Shown here: piece after piece, positions 9,804 through 20,432 of the stretch
Position numbering within the stretch: the first letter of the stretch is position 1
Layout: the number at the start of each line of letters is the position of its first letter
NCBI GenBank assembly: GCA_965248265.1
Contig: CBDFJF010000001.1
Span: 2,336,001-2,400,000, forward strand
Source: Candidatus Latescibacterota bacterium
GTDB lineage: Bacteria; Latescibacterota; UBA2968; UBA8231
Length of the DNA stretch: 64,000 nucleotides
Reading direction: 5' to 3'
Program-made: the position numbers and the translations under genes
The notes under the pieces: generated by a model
What the model saw: the letters and a program-made list of their open reading frames with translations, nothing else
Database searches by the model: none
Told to the model about the DNA's origin: nothing

Positions 9804-10588
9804 GTGCAAATGACCAGCGTGTCCCCATCCTCGTCTATCATCATGTCTACTCCGACGGCAGCCCTGAATTGGAAGTGTCGGGCGAGCTGGGAGCCGGCAT
9901 CTTGAGTGAGTCATCATTGCGCCAGCAGATCGAGTGTCTGCTGGCGGCCAACTGGCACAATGTGTCGACGACGCAGATCGTCGACTGGCTCGAGGGTAAG
10001 GGTGAATTGCCTGACAGATCGTTCGCACTCCACTTCGATAACGGCTGGCTGGACACCTATGAGACGGCGCTGCCTGTGACCGAGGCATGCGGTGTCCACG
10101 CTACCTGCTTTCCGATTACGGACGGGGTCGAAGCAGCCACAGCCGGACACAGCGCGGCCGTGCGCACCTTGACGGAGGGAGTAGTCGAAAAGCCGTTCAT
10201 GACCTGGGAACAGGCCGGCCAACTGATCGAGAGCGGTTGGGAAATCGGCGCTCACACGGCCTCTCATTGTAAGGTTGCTGAAGTGCAGGAGAGTGACGGT
10301 AACGATGCCGTCATCGCCGAAGCAGAAACCTCGAATCATCTGTTCGAGCAGCGGCTGGGAATGGTCCCCGATCACTTCGCCTACCCCAGCGGCTCGCGCA
10401 ACCAGCGTTCGGATGAGCTGCTGTCCCGGTTTTACCGATCGCTGCGACTGTGGCATTTCAAACAGCCGATCCAATGGACGTTCACGCAACGCGACACCTC
10501 CACCCTCGCCGTGGATTGTCAGAACATCGATGTCCGCGTGCCCTTCGAGGAGTTCGAGAACCTGCTGGTGGCAGCCACAGCTGACTGA
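9800..10588 (+). CDS. polysaccharide deacetylase family protein
   Basis: PILVYHHV, HFDNG, EIGAHTASH, FAYPSG. Confidence 0.85.
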   Translation: MSANDQRVPILVYHHVYSDGSPELEVSGELGAGILSESSLRQQIECLLAANWHNVSTTQIVDWLEGKGELPDRSFALHFDNGWLDTYETALPVTEACGVHATCFPITDGVEAATAGHSAAVRTLTEGVVEKPFMTWEQAGQLIESGWEIGAHTASHCKVAEVQESDGNDAVIAEAETSNHLFEQRLGMVPDHFAYPSGSRNQRSDELLSRFYRSLRLWHFKQPIQWTFTQRDTSTLAVDCQNIDVRVPFEEFENLLVAATAD

Positions 10589-10660
10589 TCTTCACGTTTC
10601 CTTTGCTCGGGTTCATGCCGCCCTGTAAGTTGAGCGCGACACCCGCAGAGGAACCTGATC

Positions 10661-13600
10661 TTGACTCACCGCGAAGACCCCAACTCCGCCGTCCTCGACG
10701 CCAATGATGGCCAGAGCGCTCTGGCGCTCTTCCATCCACTGGTAGCCTCCTGGTTCACCGACCAGGTCGGCATGCCGACAGCGGCTCAGCAACAGGCCTG
10801 GCCCCGCATCGCTGACGGCGAGCATGTCCTGATCACGGCCCCGACCGGTAGCGGCAAGACCCTCACGGCCTTCTTGTGGGCCATCGATCGCCTTGTCACC
10901 GGCGCGTGGCCCTGTGGACACACCAGCGTCCTCTACGTCTCTCCGCTGCGCGCCCTCAACAACGATATCCGGCGCAACCTGCTGACTCCGCTGGATCAAC
11001 TGCGCTCGGTTTTCGAGCGCTCGAACCAGGATTTTCCAACTATCCGCGTGCTCACCCGCAGTGGTGACACGCCGCAGTCGGACCGCCGCCGAATGCTCAG
11101 ACACCCGCCGGAAATCCTGATCACGACACCGGAAAGTCTCAACCTGCTGCTGAGCTCGCACGGGGGACGGTCCATCCTGACCGGGCTGTCGACGGTGATC
11201 CTGGATGAGATCCACGCCGTCGTCGGCAACAAGCGCGGCGTCCACCTGATCACCGGGGTCGATCGGTTGGTACCACTATGTGGCGAATTCCAGCGCATCG
11301 CCCTGTCGGCTACCGTGAGACCGTTGGAGGGTGTCGCAGCCTTCGTCGGCGGCTTGCGCATGTCCGGCCATGGAGCCGCACAGCCGACCTATCAGCCCCG
11401 GCCGGTGGCGATTCTCGAATCAGCCGCCGATAAGCACTATGACATTCAGGTGCGCTTTCCGGCGGCGGCAGCCGATCCCGATGACCGCGAGTCCGTCTGG
11501 GAACCGCTCGTCGACGAATTCAAGAGCGTCATCCGGCGCAACACCTCGACCCTCCTGTTCGCCAACAGCCGGCGCCTGTGTGAAAAGCTGACCCTGTTCA
11601 TCAACAGCGACCGGGAACAACCCATCGCCTACGCGCATCACGGATCGCTGTCGCGGGAAATCCGCGAGACGGTAGAACGCAAGCTCAAGGAGGGCGATCT
11701 AAGTGCGATAGTAGCCACCAGCTCACTGGAGCTGGGTATCGACGTCGGGGCGCTCGACGAGGTCGTCCTGGTGCAGTCGCCGACTTCTGTGTCGTCAGCC
11801 ATCCAGCGGGTCGGACGGGCCGGCCACCAGGTGGGTGAGACCAGCCGCGGCACCCTGTTTCCGACGCACTCACACGACTTTCTGGAAGCGGCCGTCCTGG
11901 CCAGCGCCATCCTGTCCCGCGACATCGAAAAGGTGCGTCCGGTCGATTCTCCCCTGGATGTCCTGGCTCAGGTGATCATATCCATGGTCGGCATCGAAAG
12001 CTGGGATATCGATGAGCTTTTCAGTGCTATTAAGTGCTCGCATCCGTATCGCGAGCTTGGACGGAAGCATTTCGATCTGGTACTCAACATGCTGGCGGGG
12101 CGCTATGCTCACAGCCGGGTGCGTGAACTCAAGCCACGGGTCTCCATCGACCGCGTCGACAACAACGTCGTCGCCCGCAAAGGGGCCTTGCAGGAGCTCT
12201 ACATGTCAGGCGGCACCATCCCGGACCGGGGCTATTTTCACCTGCGTCGTCAGGATTCCAACGCCCGCATCGGTGAGTTGGACGAGGAATTTGTCTGGGA
12301 GAGCTCGGAAGGCCAGTCCTTCACCCTGGGGACGCAGAACTGGACCATACAGCGAATCACCCACAACGATGTCTTCGTGACCCCGGCGCCACCCAAGCCG
12401 GTAGATCTGCCGTTCTGGAAGGCGGACGGCGGCAATCGTGATTTCCATTTTTCGCAACGCATCGCCGAATTCCTTGAGCAGGCCAACACACACCTGGGTG
12501 ATCCCGAACTGCTGTCTCACCTCAAACGGGATCACGCCATGGATCAGACCTCGGCGCAGCAACTCGTGGCCTTCCTCGAGCGCCAACGTCAGGTCAGCGG
12601 CTGTGACCTTCCCCACCGGCATCACCTGGTGTTGGAGCAGGTCAATTCCGGACCGGATGGCTACCCGGGAACGCAGCTCATCCTGCACACCTTTTGGGGG
12701 GGCCGCGTCAACCGACCCTTTGCCATGGCCATGGAGGCTGCCTGGGATATCCGCTTCGGACAGCGCCTGGAAGTCTATCCGTCCAATAACTGCATCGTGG
12801 TCTTGCTACCTGACGATTTCGAGTGTGATGAAATCCTTTCGCTGGTCACGGCTGCCGAGTTCGAATCACTGTTGCGCAAGACCTTGGAAAGCTCCGCGTT
12901 CTTCGGGGCCCGTTTCCGGGAGTGCGCCGGTCGTGCCTTGCTGGTGACCAAGAACCGGATGAATCAGCGCATGCCGCTGTGGGTGAGCAGGCTGCGCTCC
13001 CAGAAGTTGCTCGATACGGTAATGCGCTTCGATGACTTCCCCATCCTGCTGGAGAGCTGGCGCACCTGCCTGCAGGATGAGTTCGACCTGGCTGCGGCGA
13101 AGACCCTGTTGGCAGAACTGGAGTCGGGCGCCATCACCTGGACCGAGATTCGGACGGAGCGGCCGAGCCCCTTCGCCCAGGGCCTGGCCTGGGAGCAGGT
13201 GGACGACTTCATGTACAGATCGGATGAGCTCGCCGGTGGACGCACCTCCAGACTCAGCGATGACCTCATCCGTGAGATCGTGCAGTCACCGGACCTGAGA
13301 CCGTCTATTGCTGTTGACACCGTGCGCGCTTTTGAGCTGAAGCGACAGCGTTTGAGTCCCGGGTACGCGCCAACGACGGCTCGAGACCTGCTCGACTGGA
13401 TCGGTGAGCGCCTGATCCTGCCGCAGTCAGAGTTCGATAGTCTGAAAACGGCGATGCAGCGTGATGGTGAAACGGACGCCGGTGTCCTCATCGCTGAATG
13501 CGGCCGGAAACTTGTCTGTTTGAGCGCACCTGAATTACGCGAACCGCTCGTCGCGACACTCGACAATGTTCCCCGCCTGGTTGACGGCCTCTACCCGGAC

Positions 13601-15217
13601 TCCTCCGCCGTGGCCGTCACTGTGGTCAGCGACGGGAGTGTGGTTGGACCAGGTGAATGGCGGTTGGAGCGTGAAGGTGGGGATGAAGAAGATCCTCCTC
13701 CCGCGGCCGACGAGCTGCTGGAATGGCTTATATCTGGCTGTTTGCCGTATTACGGACCCAGGACCAGCAGCGAGATTGCCGGCATGATCGGGGTCGGTGC
13801 TGCGCGCTTGCAGCACTGTCTCGACGACCTGGCAGAGGCCGATATCGTCATACTGGGATCAGGCCTGGTTGACGGCAGTGGGGATGGCGAATGCGTCTGT
13901 GACCGCGACAACCTCGAGGCCTTGCTGCGGCTGTCACGGGCGCTGGCTGTGCCTGTTTTCGAGCCGCTGGAGCTGGAATCGTTGCCACTGTTCTTGGCTG
14001 CCTGGCAGGGCCTTACCGACGACGACGATGCTACCAGTACTGCACGCCGGATCGAACAGCTGCTGTGTTACGACTCACCGGCCGCACTGTGGGAGTCGGA
14101 GATTTTTCCGGCCCGCCTGAGCAGTTTTTCGACTGCCTCCATGGACTCACTGATGCAGGAGAGCCCACTGCGTTGGGTCGGCCATGGCGAGGGGCACGTC
14201 TCGTTCTGCTTTGAACCGGATCTCGACTTACTCCTCGACGAATCTGCGGGCGACAGCCTAACAGCGCCTGGCGAAATCACCGCGTTGTTCAGCGACCCGG
14301 ACGCCCGCTACGATTTCCGCGTCCTGCAACGATTGTCGGGTCTCAGCGGTGAGGCCTTGTCGCAGGCGCTGTGGTCGGCAGTGTGGCAGGGGCAGCTGAC
14401 TAACGATACGCTGAGTGCCCTGCACAAAGGCGTGGCGACCGGTTTCGAGGTACCCCGAGTGGTCGAGGCGAAGGTTTCGCAGGTCGAGGAACGCGTCCAT
14501 GACACGCGAGGCCGGCGCGGGCGCGGCTCCTTTGCTCGCTGGAAGGGCTCGTTGCCGTTCGCGGGCAATTGGCACTTGCTTGAACGCTCTGAAGCTGCCG
14601 ACGATCCGCTGGAGATCGAAGAACGCCACAAGGACCGCGTGCGTCTGCTGCTGGACCGCTACGGTCTGCTCTTTCGCGAGCTGCTGCAGCGGGAGCTTCC
14701 ACCCTTTCGCTGGGCCAGCCTGTTCCGCTCGTTGCGCCTCATGGAGTTATCTGGCGAGATCGTCGCCGGCTGCTTCTTCACCGATATTCCAGGGCCGCAG
14801 TTCATGTCTCACCGGGCATTTCGCCTGCTGCAGAGATCCCTGCCAGATGAGGCCGTGTTCTGGTTCAATGCCTGCGATCCGATTTCACCGTGCGGCATGC
14901 CCCTGGAGGCGTTGCGGGGCGCCTTGCCCAGAAGGGTACCCAGCAATCATCTGGTTTTCCATGGCCACCGCCCGGTCCTCATCAGCGAGCGCAATGGCAA
15001 ATCGCTGACGATTGCGGTTGCACCCGGAGACCCGAGCCTGACGCGTTACTTTTGCATCCTCCACCACCTTCTCTCACGGCCGTTTCAGTCAGTACGGCAA
15101 TTGTCGATCGAGGCCATAAACGGGGAGGCAGCCGGCCGCAGCCCCTACGTCGATGTTATCAAGACCTGCTTTGAGGCTCGCCTCGACTACACCGATCTGG
15201 TCATCTATCGGCAGTAG
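10661..15217 (+). CDS. lhr: Lhr-family large DEAD/DEAH-box helicase with C-terminal winged-helix/glycosylase-like region
   Basis: APTGSGKT, SPLRALNND, DEIH, SAT, HHGSLS, LELGIDVG, QRVGRAGH, GGTIPDRG; 1518 aa. Confidence 0.93.
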   Translation: MTHREDPNSAVLDANDGQSALALFHPLVASWFTDQVGMPTAAQQQAWPRIADGEHVLITAPTGSGKTLTAFLWAIDRLVTGAWPCGHTSVLYVSPLRALNNDIRRNLLTPLDQLRSVFERSNQDFPTIRVLTRSGDTPQSDRRRMLRHPPEILITTPESLNLLLSSHGGRSILTGLSTVILDEIHAVVGNKRGVHLITGVDRLVPLCGEFQRIALSATVRPLEGVAAFVGGLRMSGHGAAQPTYQPRPVAILESAADKHYDIQVRFPAAAADPDDRESVWEPLVDEFKSVIRRNTSTLLFANSRRLCEKLTLFINSDREQPIAYAHHGSLSREIRETVERKLKEGDLSAIVATSSLELGIDVGALDEVVLVQSPTSVSSAIQRVGRAGHQVGETSRGTLFPTHSHDFLEAAVLASAILSRDIEKVRPVDSPLDVLAQVIISMVGIESWDIDELFSAIKCSHPYRELGRKHFDLVLNMLAGRYAHSRVRELKPRVSIDRVDNNVVARKGALQELYMSGGTIPDRGYFHLRRQDSNARIGELDEEFVWESSEGQSFTLGTQNWTIQRITHNDVFVTPAPPKPVDLPFWKADGGNRDFHFSQRIAEFLEQANTHLGDPELLSHLKRDHAMDQTSAQQLVAFLERQRQVSGCDLPHRHHLVLEQVNSGPDGYPGTQLILHTFWGGRVNRPFAMAMEAAWDIRFGQRLEVYPSNNCIVVLLPDDFECDEILSLVTAAEFESLLRKTLESSAFFGARFRECAGRALLVTKNRMNQRMPLWVSRLRSQKLLDTVMRFDDFPILLESWRTCLQDEFDLAAAKTLLAELESGAITWTEIRTERPSPFAQGLAWEQVDDFMYRSDELAGGRTSRLSDDLIREIVQSPDLRPSIAVDTVRAFELKRQRLSPGYAPTTARDLLDWIGERLILPQSEFDSLKTAMQRDGETDAGVLIAECGRKLVCLSAPELREPLVATLDNVPRLVDGLYPDSSAVAVTVVSDGSVVGPGEWRLEREGGDEEDPPPAADELLEWLISGCLPYYGPRTSSEIAGMIGVGAARLQHCLDDLAEADIVILGSGLVDGSGDGECVCDRDNLEALLRLSRALAVPVFEPLELESLPLFLAAWQGLTDDDDATSTARRIEQLLCYDSPAALWESEIFPARLSSFSTASMDSLMQESPLRWVGHGEGHVSFCFEPDLDLLLDESAGDSLTAPGEITALFSDPDARYDFRVLQRLSGLSGEALSQALWSAVWQGQLTNDTLSALHKGVATGFEVPRVVEAKVSQVEERVHDTRGRRGRGSFARWKGSLPFAGNWHLLERSEAADDPLEIEERHKDRVRLLLDRYGLLFRELLQRELPPFRWASLFRSLRLMELSGEIVAGCFFTDIPGPQFMSHRAFRLLQRSLPDEAVFWFNACDPISPCGMPLEALRGALPRRVPSNHLVFHGHRPVLISERNGKSLTIAVAPGDPSLTRYFCILHHLLSRPFQSVRQLSIEAINGEAAGRSPYVDVIKTCFEARLDYTDLVIYRQ

Positions 15218-15359
15218 AGCCGGCCCCAACGAGTTCGTTTCGTCTGTTGGAAGTGCCTGCGATTCTTCGTATAGTTACCGGCAATTGGATACGGCATGCC
15301 CGACGGGCACCCGGCACCGGGTAGGGGGCCCTTCTTTCACGATCGCTAAGGAGTTCGTC

Positions 15360-15830
15360 ATGGCCGCAGACTTGATGACAGCTGGAGATATTCTGGAGGT
15401 CAAGGGAGGAGACGTACTCAGCGTAGGACTGGATGCGACCGTTCACGACGCCTTACAGATGATGGTGGTGAACAAGGTCGGTTCGGCGCTTGTCAAGGAG
15501 GGCACCCGTATCATCGGCATCTACACGGAGCGCGATCTCATGCGCAACTCCATCGAGGCTGACTTCGATCCCCGCACGGCCCGTATCGGCGACCACATGT
15601 CGCGGGGGTTGAAATTCGCCCCACACACCGATACCGCCTACGACCTGATGGACAAATTCCTGGGCCTGCGATTACGGCACCTGCTGATCGACAAGGACGA
15701 CGAGTTCATCGGCCTGTTGTCGATCGGCGACGTCATCAAGGCGGCTCTGCAGGACAAGACGCGAGAGTTCGAAATTCTCGAACGCATCGCTACCTGGCAA
15801 TACCACGAGGAGTGGAAGCCGCGCCAGTAG
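15360..15830 (+). CDS. CBS-pair protein
   Basis: GIYTERD, RLRHL, GLLSIGDVIK; AAGGAG RBS before ATG 15360. Confidence 0.9.
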   Translation: MAADLMTAGDILEVKGGDVLSVGLDATVHDALQMMVVNKVGSALVKEGTRIIGIYTERDLMRNSIEADFDPRTARIGDHMSRGLKFAPHTDTAYDLMDKFLGLRLRHLLIDKDDEFIGLLSIGDVIKAALQDKTREFEILERIATWQYHEEWKPRQ

Positions 15831-15872
15831 AGGCCGATTCCCAGCTCCATCCCAACTCCCAGGCGCCGTTAC

Positions 15873-16709
15873 ATGCCCACAGACTCGATCATCCTCATCA
15901 GCGGGATCCTCGTCTGCGTCGGCGTCGGCGCCAAACTCGTGACGACCAACCTCCTGGCACGGCAGAACCGCGAATTGAAGGACCTCGAGAACCAGGTCGA
16001 GCGACGTCATGCTGAGTTGGAAGAATTGCAGCAACAGCGGGAGGCGGCCGAGGAGAACATTGAGTTCTACGAGCGCCGCAAGGAAGAAGCAGCCGAGGAG
16101 CGGCCACCGCTGGAAAAGGAGCTTGAGAGGTTGCTCGAGAGTGAGCGCAAACACCTGGAATCGCTCGGGTACTACGCCGACGAAGAGGGCGCCGTCCCGT
16201 TCGTCCCTCATTTGCCGGATGAAACGACAGCCGCGCCAACTCAGGGCGACCCTGCAACAGCCACAGCCATCGCCGTACTTCCAGCGGATCTCGGCAATTC
16301 TGACAAGCTCTTCTTGCCCGATGCGATCGTGAGCCATCTGTTGGATCTGGGTGAGCCGGTCCTGGAGCGGTCGATGCTGACGCAACGGCTTGGCGAGCAA
16401 GGCGAGAGCCTTGGCGCCATCGTAGAGAAAGAGGAGTACTTCAAACTCGGTGGTTTGGGCGCCCTCAAAGCAATCGCCGTCGTCAACACCCTCATGCAGG
16501 GGGCCGGAGTCGCCAGCGCTACCTGTCGCGTGGTTCAGATACCTACCGGAACCATTCTCCTCAGCACGACCTACGAACAACCGGGCACTCACGAGAACAG
16601 TTCCGATTACCACAGACTCACGCACACGGCACAGGTTCTGGCCGAGAGTATCCATGACGCCCTCCGAAAAACGGCCAATCCCGCCGACGTTGCCCCTGAA
16701 ACCGGCTGA
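15873..16709 (+). CDS. membrane-anchored coiled-coil protein with possible CsgG/FlgO-like C-terminal domain
   Basis: N-terminal TM, E/R/Q-rich coil, then VLERSML..EQ and RVVQIPTGTIL pattern. Confidence 0.6.
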   Translation: MPTDSIILISGILVCVGVGAKLVTTNLLARQNRELKDLENQVERRHAELEELQQQREAAEENIEFYERRKEEAAEERPPLEKELERLLESERKHLESLGYYADEEGAVPFVPHLPDETTAAPTQGDPATATAIAVLPADLGNSDKLFLPDAIVSHLLDLGEPVLERSMLTQRLGEQGESLGAIVEKEEYFKLGGLGALKAIAVVNTLMQGAGVASATCRVVQIPTGTILLSTTYEQPGTHENSSDYHRLTHTAQVLAESIHDALRKTANPADVAPETG

Positions 16710-17802
16710 CGCCGCCCTCGAAACCAAAATCGCCCAGCTGTTGCTGGTGGGATTCAGGGGTTTCGACCGGACGGGCGCTGCCGGCATCATGGATGATATC
16801 GCCGAACGCAGTCTTGGTGGGGTCGTCCTCTTTGACATCGACGGTCCAAGCGGGCAACCGCAGCGCAACGTCGCCTCCGTTGAGCAAGTGCGGGCGTTGA
16901 CGTGCGACCTCCAGGCCGCCGGTTCCCAGGCGTCCGCCGCTTTCCAGGAGTCCACCGTCGTCTATGGACCAACGCCACCCCTTCTCATCGCCGCCGATCA
17001 GGAGGGCGGACAGGTCCGCCGCTTCAAGGAGCGCCACGGCTTCCCAATGGCATCCCCCGCCCAGAAGCTGGGCAGGCGCAACGATCTCAATGCCACCCTC
17101 GAGGAGGCAACCTCCATGGCCCGGTCACTGGCTGACTGCGGTGTCAACCTCAACCTGGCCCCCGTCGTCGATCTCGACACCAATCCCGCTAATCCCGTCA
17201 TCGGCCAGAAGCAGCGCAGCTATTCTGACAATCCCGAGGTCGTCACTGCTCACGCCTCCGCATTCATTCAGGCTCACTACAAGGAAGGAGTCTGCTGCGC
17301 CCTCAAGCACTTTCCGGGGCACGGTAGCTCCGACGCTGACACCCATACCGGATTTACCGACGTCACGCAAACATGGAGCGAAGTCGAGCTCCGCCCCTTT
17401 GAGCAGCTCATACAGGACGGCCTGGCGGCTGCAGTGATGACGGCCCATGTATTCAACGCTCGATTGGATGCTCGGTGGCCGGCAACCTTGTCCCACGCTA
17501 CCATCACGGACCTGTTGCGCAGGCGCCTCGAATTCAACGGGGTCGTCATCTCCGACGATCTGGGCATGGGTGCGATCGCCGGCCGGTACGGACGGCGGCA
17601 AGCACTGGAATTGGCACTGCTCGCTGGTGTTGATGTACTGTGCCTTTGCAACCAGACGACCTACGAGGAAGATCTCGTCGAACGTGTGATCGAAGATATC
17701 GGCTCCCTTGTCTCCTCTGGCAGCGTGGAGGAAGAGCGAATTGACGAAGCCTATGCGAGGGTGCTGCGATTGAAGAGCTCATTGAGCCCATGCCCAGAAT
17801 AG
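16690..17802 (+). CDS. glycoside hydrolase family 3 beta-N-acetylhexosaminidase (NagZ-like)
   Basis: GGVVLF, DQEGG, NLAPVVD, KHFPGHG..D.H, VMTAH, SDDLGM; start uncertain (TTG 16690). Confidence 0.9.
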   Translation: MPLKPADAALETKIAQLLLVGFRGFDRTGAAGIMDDIAERSLGGVVLFDIDGPSGQPQRNVASVEQVRALTCDLQAAGSQASAAFQESTVVYGPTPPLLIAADQEGGQVRRFKERHGFPMASPAQKLGRRNDLNATLEEATSMARSLADCGVNLNLAPVVDLDTNPANPVIGQKQRSYSDNPEVVTAHASAFIQAHYKEGVCCALKHFPGHGSSDADTHTGFTDVTQTWSEVELRPFEQLIQDGLAAAVMTAHVFNARLDARWPATLSHATITDLLRRRLEFNGVVISDDLGMGAIAGRYGRRQALELALLAGVDVLCLCNQTTYEEDLVERVIEDIGSLVSSGSVEEERIDEAYARVLRLKSSLSPCPE

Positions 17803-18389
17803 AGACCATACCGTACTCGCGAGCTTCCGGATTCTTGAAACAGCAGTACGACGCTGCAATCGAACGTGGTGGACGCATCTGGAACATCGTCAGCATCATG
17901 AGCCAGAATCCGCGGGTATTGAAGGCGTCGATGGATTTCTATCGTGCTCTCATGCACGCTTCCTCTCCATCATCATTGAGCAGGTGCCAGAGAGAGATGA
18001 TCGCCGTCGTCGTTTCCGCCACCAACCATTGCGTCTACTGAATACGCGCGCACGCCCACGACCTCCGTGCCGAGGTCGAAGACGAGTATGGGTTGAAGGA
18101 CAGCGAGGCCGATCGCTTCGTGCATGCGATAGCCAGGAACTGGCACGAGGCTCAACTGTCCCCTCAGAACCTCGGCTTGTGTGTTTTTGCCGAACAGCTG
18201 ACCCGCGATCCATCCAGCGTTGGCGATCCGGAAATTCGAGCGTTGCGGGACTGCGGCTTCGAAGATGTGGCCATCCATGACGCCACTCAAATCATCGGTT
18301 ACTTCAACTACATCAACCGGGTCGCCGATGCCCTGGACGTGGAGGACGAGGCGTTCGTGAGAGAGTGGGAGGCCGAGTCCGAATCGTGA
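17790..18389 (+). CDS. AhpD/carboxymuconolactone decarboxylase-family peroxidase, predicted selenoprotein (CxxU, Sec84), 199 aa
   Basis: ORFs 17790-18041 and 18093-18389 share a frame; TGA 18039-18041 sits in REMIAVVVSATNHCVY-U-IRAH where homologues have CxxC..H; C-terminal half has FNYINRVADAL. Confidence 0.88.
18042..18078 (+). promoter_or_regulatory. bacterial SECIS-like hairpin
   Basis: Stem CGACCTC (18059-18065)/GAGGTCG (18072-18078), loop CGTGCC, 24 nt after UGA. Confidence 0.7.
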
Positions 18390-18482
18390 GCGTGCGTGCC
18401 TTGCGATCGAGGTAACCTGACGGTACCTTCGATCGCCGTCGACTGAGCGAGAATTAGCGTTGAACTTAGGTAGGCAGGTAGA

Positions 18483-19445
18483 ATGATCGAGCTGTCGCTC
18501 TACGAAATGATGGTGCGGATTCGGCGAACGGAGGAACAGCTGGCGCGTTCGCACGAGGCCGGCCTCATCCCCGGAGCATGTCACACCTATGTCGGCGAAG
18601 AAGCGATCGCCACCGGAGTGTGCGCTCACCTGCGTGATGACGATGCCGTCTTCAGCACCCACAGAGGGCATGGCCATGCCCTCGCCAAGGGAGTGCCCAT
18701 CCGGGAGGTTGTCGCCGAGCTGTTCGGCAGAGCCACCGGTTGCTCTCAGGGGCGTGGCGGCAGCATGCATCTGTTCAAACCAGAAATAGGCATGATGGGC
18801 ACCAGCGGTATCGTCGGACCCTGCATTCTCCAGGCGGCTGGAGCCGGATACACCTACAAGCTTCTGGAGACCAACCAGGTTGGCGTTGCTTTCTTCGGCG
18901 ATGGTGCGGTCAGCAACGGTGCCTTCCATGAAGGATTGACGATGGCCGCTGCCTGGCAGCTGCCCTGTGTGTTCGTGTGCGAGAACAACCTCTTCGCCAC
19001 GGAGATGCCTTTCCACAAGGCCACCGGCAACCCTGAGGTTGCCAACCGCGGCGTGGCCTACGGCATCCCGGCCCTCGCCGTCGACGGCAACGACGTAGTC
19101 GCCGTGCACGCGGCGGCCGGCGATGCGGTGGCACGCGCCCGTGGCGAAGGTGGTCCGACCTTGCTGGAATGCAAGACCTACCGCACCAGGGCGCACTCCG
19201 AAGGCATGCGGACCACCGGCTATCGCACGCAGGAGGAGATCGACGCCTGGAAGGCGAAGGACCCCATCGACAGACTGGCGAAATGGGTAGCTACCCAGGA
19301 CCAGACGGGGTTGACGAAGATGTCGAGCATCGACGAGCGGATCCGGATGGAAGTCGAGGAGGCTCTCGAGTTCGCCGAGAACAGCCCATGGCCCGATCCT
19401 CTAACACTGATGGACCACATCTTCAGTGAGGATTCGCATGCGTGA
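18483..19445 (+). CDS. TPP-dependent 2-oxoacid/acetoin dehydrogenase E1 alpha subunit
   Basis: HRGHGH, GRGGSMH, GDGA...ENN TPP motif, TYR. Confidence 0.92.
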   Translation: MIELSLYEMMVRIRRTEEQLARSHEAGLIPGACHTYVGEEAIATGVCAHLRDDDAVFSTHRGHGHALAKGVPIREVVAELFGRATGCSQGRGGSMHLFKPEIGMMGTSGIVGPCILQAAGAGYTYKLLETNQVGVAFFGDGAVSNGAFHEGLTMAAAWQLPCVFVCENNLFATEMPFHKATGNPEVANRGVAYGIPALAVDGNDVVAVHAAAGDAVARARGEGGPTLLECKTYRTRAHSEGMRTTGYRTQEEIDAWKAKDPIDRLAKWVATQDQTGLTKMSSIDERIRMEVEEALEFAENSPWPDPLTLMDHIFSEDSHA

Positions 19446-20415
19446 ACTGACCTACTCCGAAGCCACACTCGAAGCACTGTCGGAGGAGATGGCGGCTGAC
19501 CCGACGACTTTCGTCGTTGGCCAGGGCATCGGAGCTCGAGGCGGCAACTTCAACACCACGACCGGCCTTCACGCCCTCTACGGCGACATGCGCCTGCGCG
19601 ACGTCGGAATCTACGAACGCGGATTCACCGGCATGTGCGCGAGTGCGGCCATGACGGGATCGCGCCCGATCGTCGACTACATGATGTTGGATTTCGCCCT
19701 AGACGCCATGGGGGAGATACTCAACCAGATCGCCAAGATCCAGTACATGAGCAGCGGCCGCTTGAAAATGCCGATCGTCCTGCGCGCCTGTATCGGACTC
19801 GGAGGGTCAATGGCAACTCATCACTCGGGCAACTACTACTCATTTTTTGTAAACCATCCCGGTTTTCGGGTCGCCTTGCCGACGACGCCGGCAGATGCCA
19901 AGGGACTTCTGAAGAGTGCCATCCGCAGCGACGACCCCGTGCTCTTTCTGGAGCACAGATTACTGTTGAAGACGGTGGGCGCCGTCCCTGAGGGAGGGGA
20001 CGCCATCCCCTTCGGCGAAGCGGCGGTGCGCACCCAGGGCAATGATGCGACCGTCGTCGCATTGACGGCGATGGTCCAGCAATGTGTTGAGGTGAGCACG
20101 GCCTTGGCGACGGACGGAATCTCCGTCGAAGTCATCGATCCACGCACCGTGGCTCCTCTCGACATGGACACCATACTCGCCTCCGTGCGCAAAACAGGCC
20201 GTCTGCTCATCGTCGACGAGAGCTTCGGCCCGTGTGGAGTCGGAGCCGAAATCGCCACTCGCGTGGTGGAGGAGGCCTTCGACGACCTCAAGGCCCCGAT
20301 CAAGCGTCTGAACGGTGCTCACGTGCCCATGCCGTACAGCGCCCCGCTGGAAACGGCCGCGATACCGCAACAGGAGCAGATCGCCACCGCCGTTCGCGAC
20401 CTGCTCGCAGTGTAG
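19438..20415 (+). CDS. 2-oxoacid/acetoin dehydrogenase E1 beta subunit
   Basis: DAKGLLKSAIRSDDPVLFLEH, EVIDPRT..PLD, SVRKTGRL. Confidence 0.92.
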   Translation: MRELTYSEATLEALSEEMAADPTTFVVGQGIGARGGNFNTTTGLHALYGDMRLRDVGIYERGFTGMCASAAMTGSRPIVDYMMLDFALDAMGEILNQIAKIQYMSSGRLKMPIVLRACIGLGGSMATHHSGNYYSFFVNHPGFRVALPTTPADAKGLLKSAIRSDDPVLFLEHRLLLKTVGAVPEGGDAIPFGEAAVRTQGNDATVVALTAMVQQCVEVSTALATDGISVEVIDPRTVAPLDMDTILASVRKTGRLLIVDESFGPCGVGAEIATRVVEEAFDDLKAPIKRLNGAHVPMPYSAPLETAAIPQQEQIATAVRDLLAV

Positions 20416-20432
20416 CCTGCCGGATTTTATCC

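Noticed and set aside
9800-10588. inactive deacetylase (HFDNG in place of TFDDG)
   Set aside because: The catalytic Asp and HxxxH remain; one substitution is too little to claim lost activity
7579-19196. long antisense ORFs (7579-8796, 15672-16955, 17973-19196 and similar)
   Set aside because: Shadows of well-supported GC3-rich genes on the opposite strand, with no motifs
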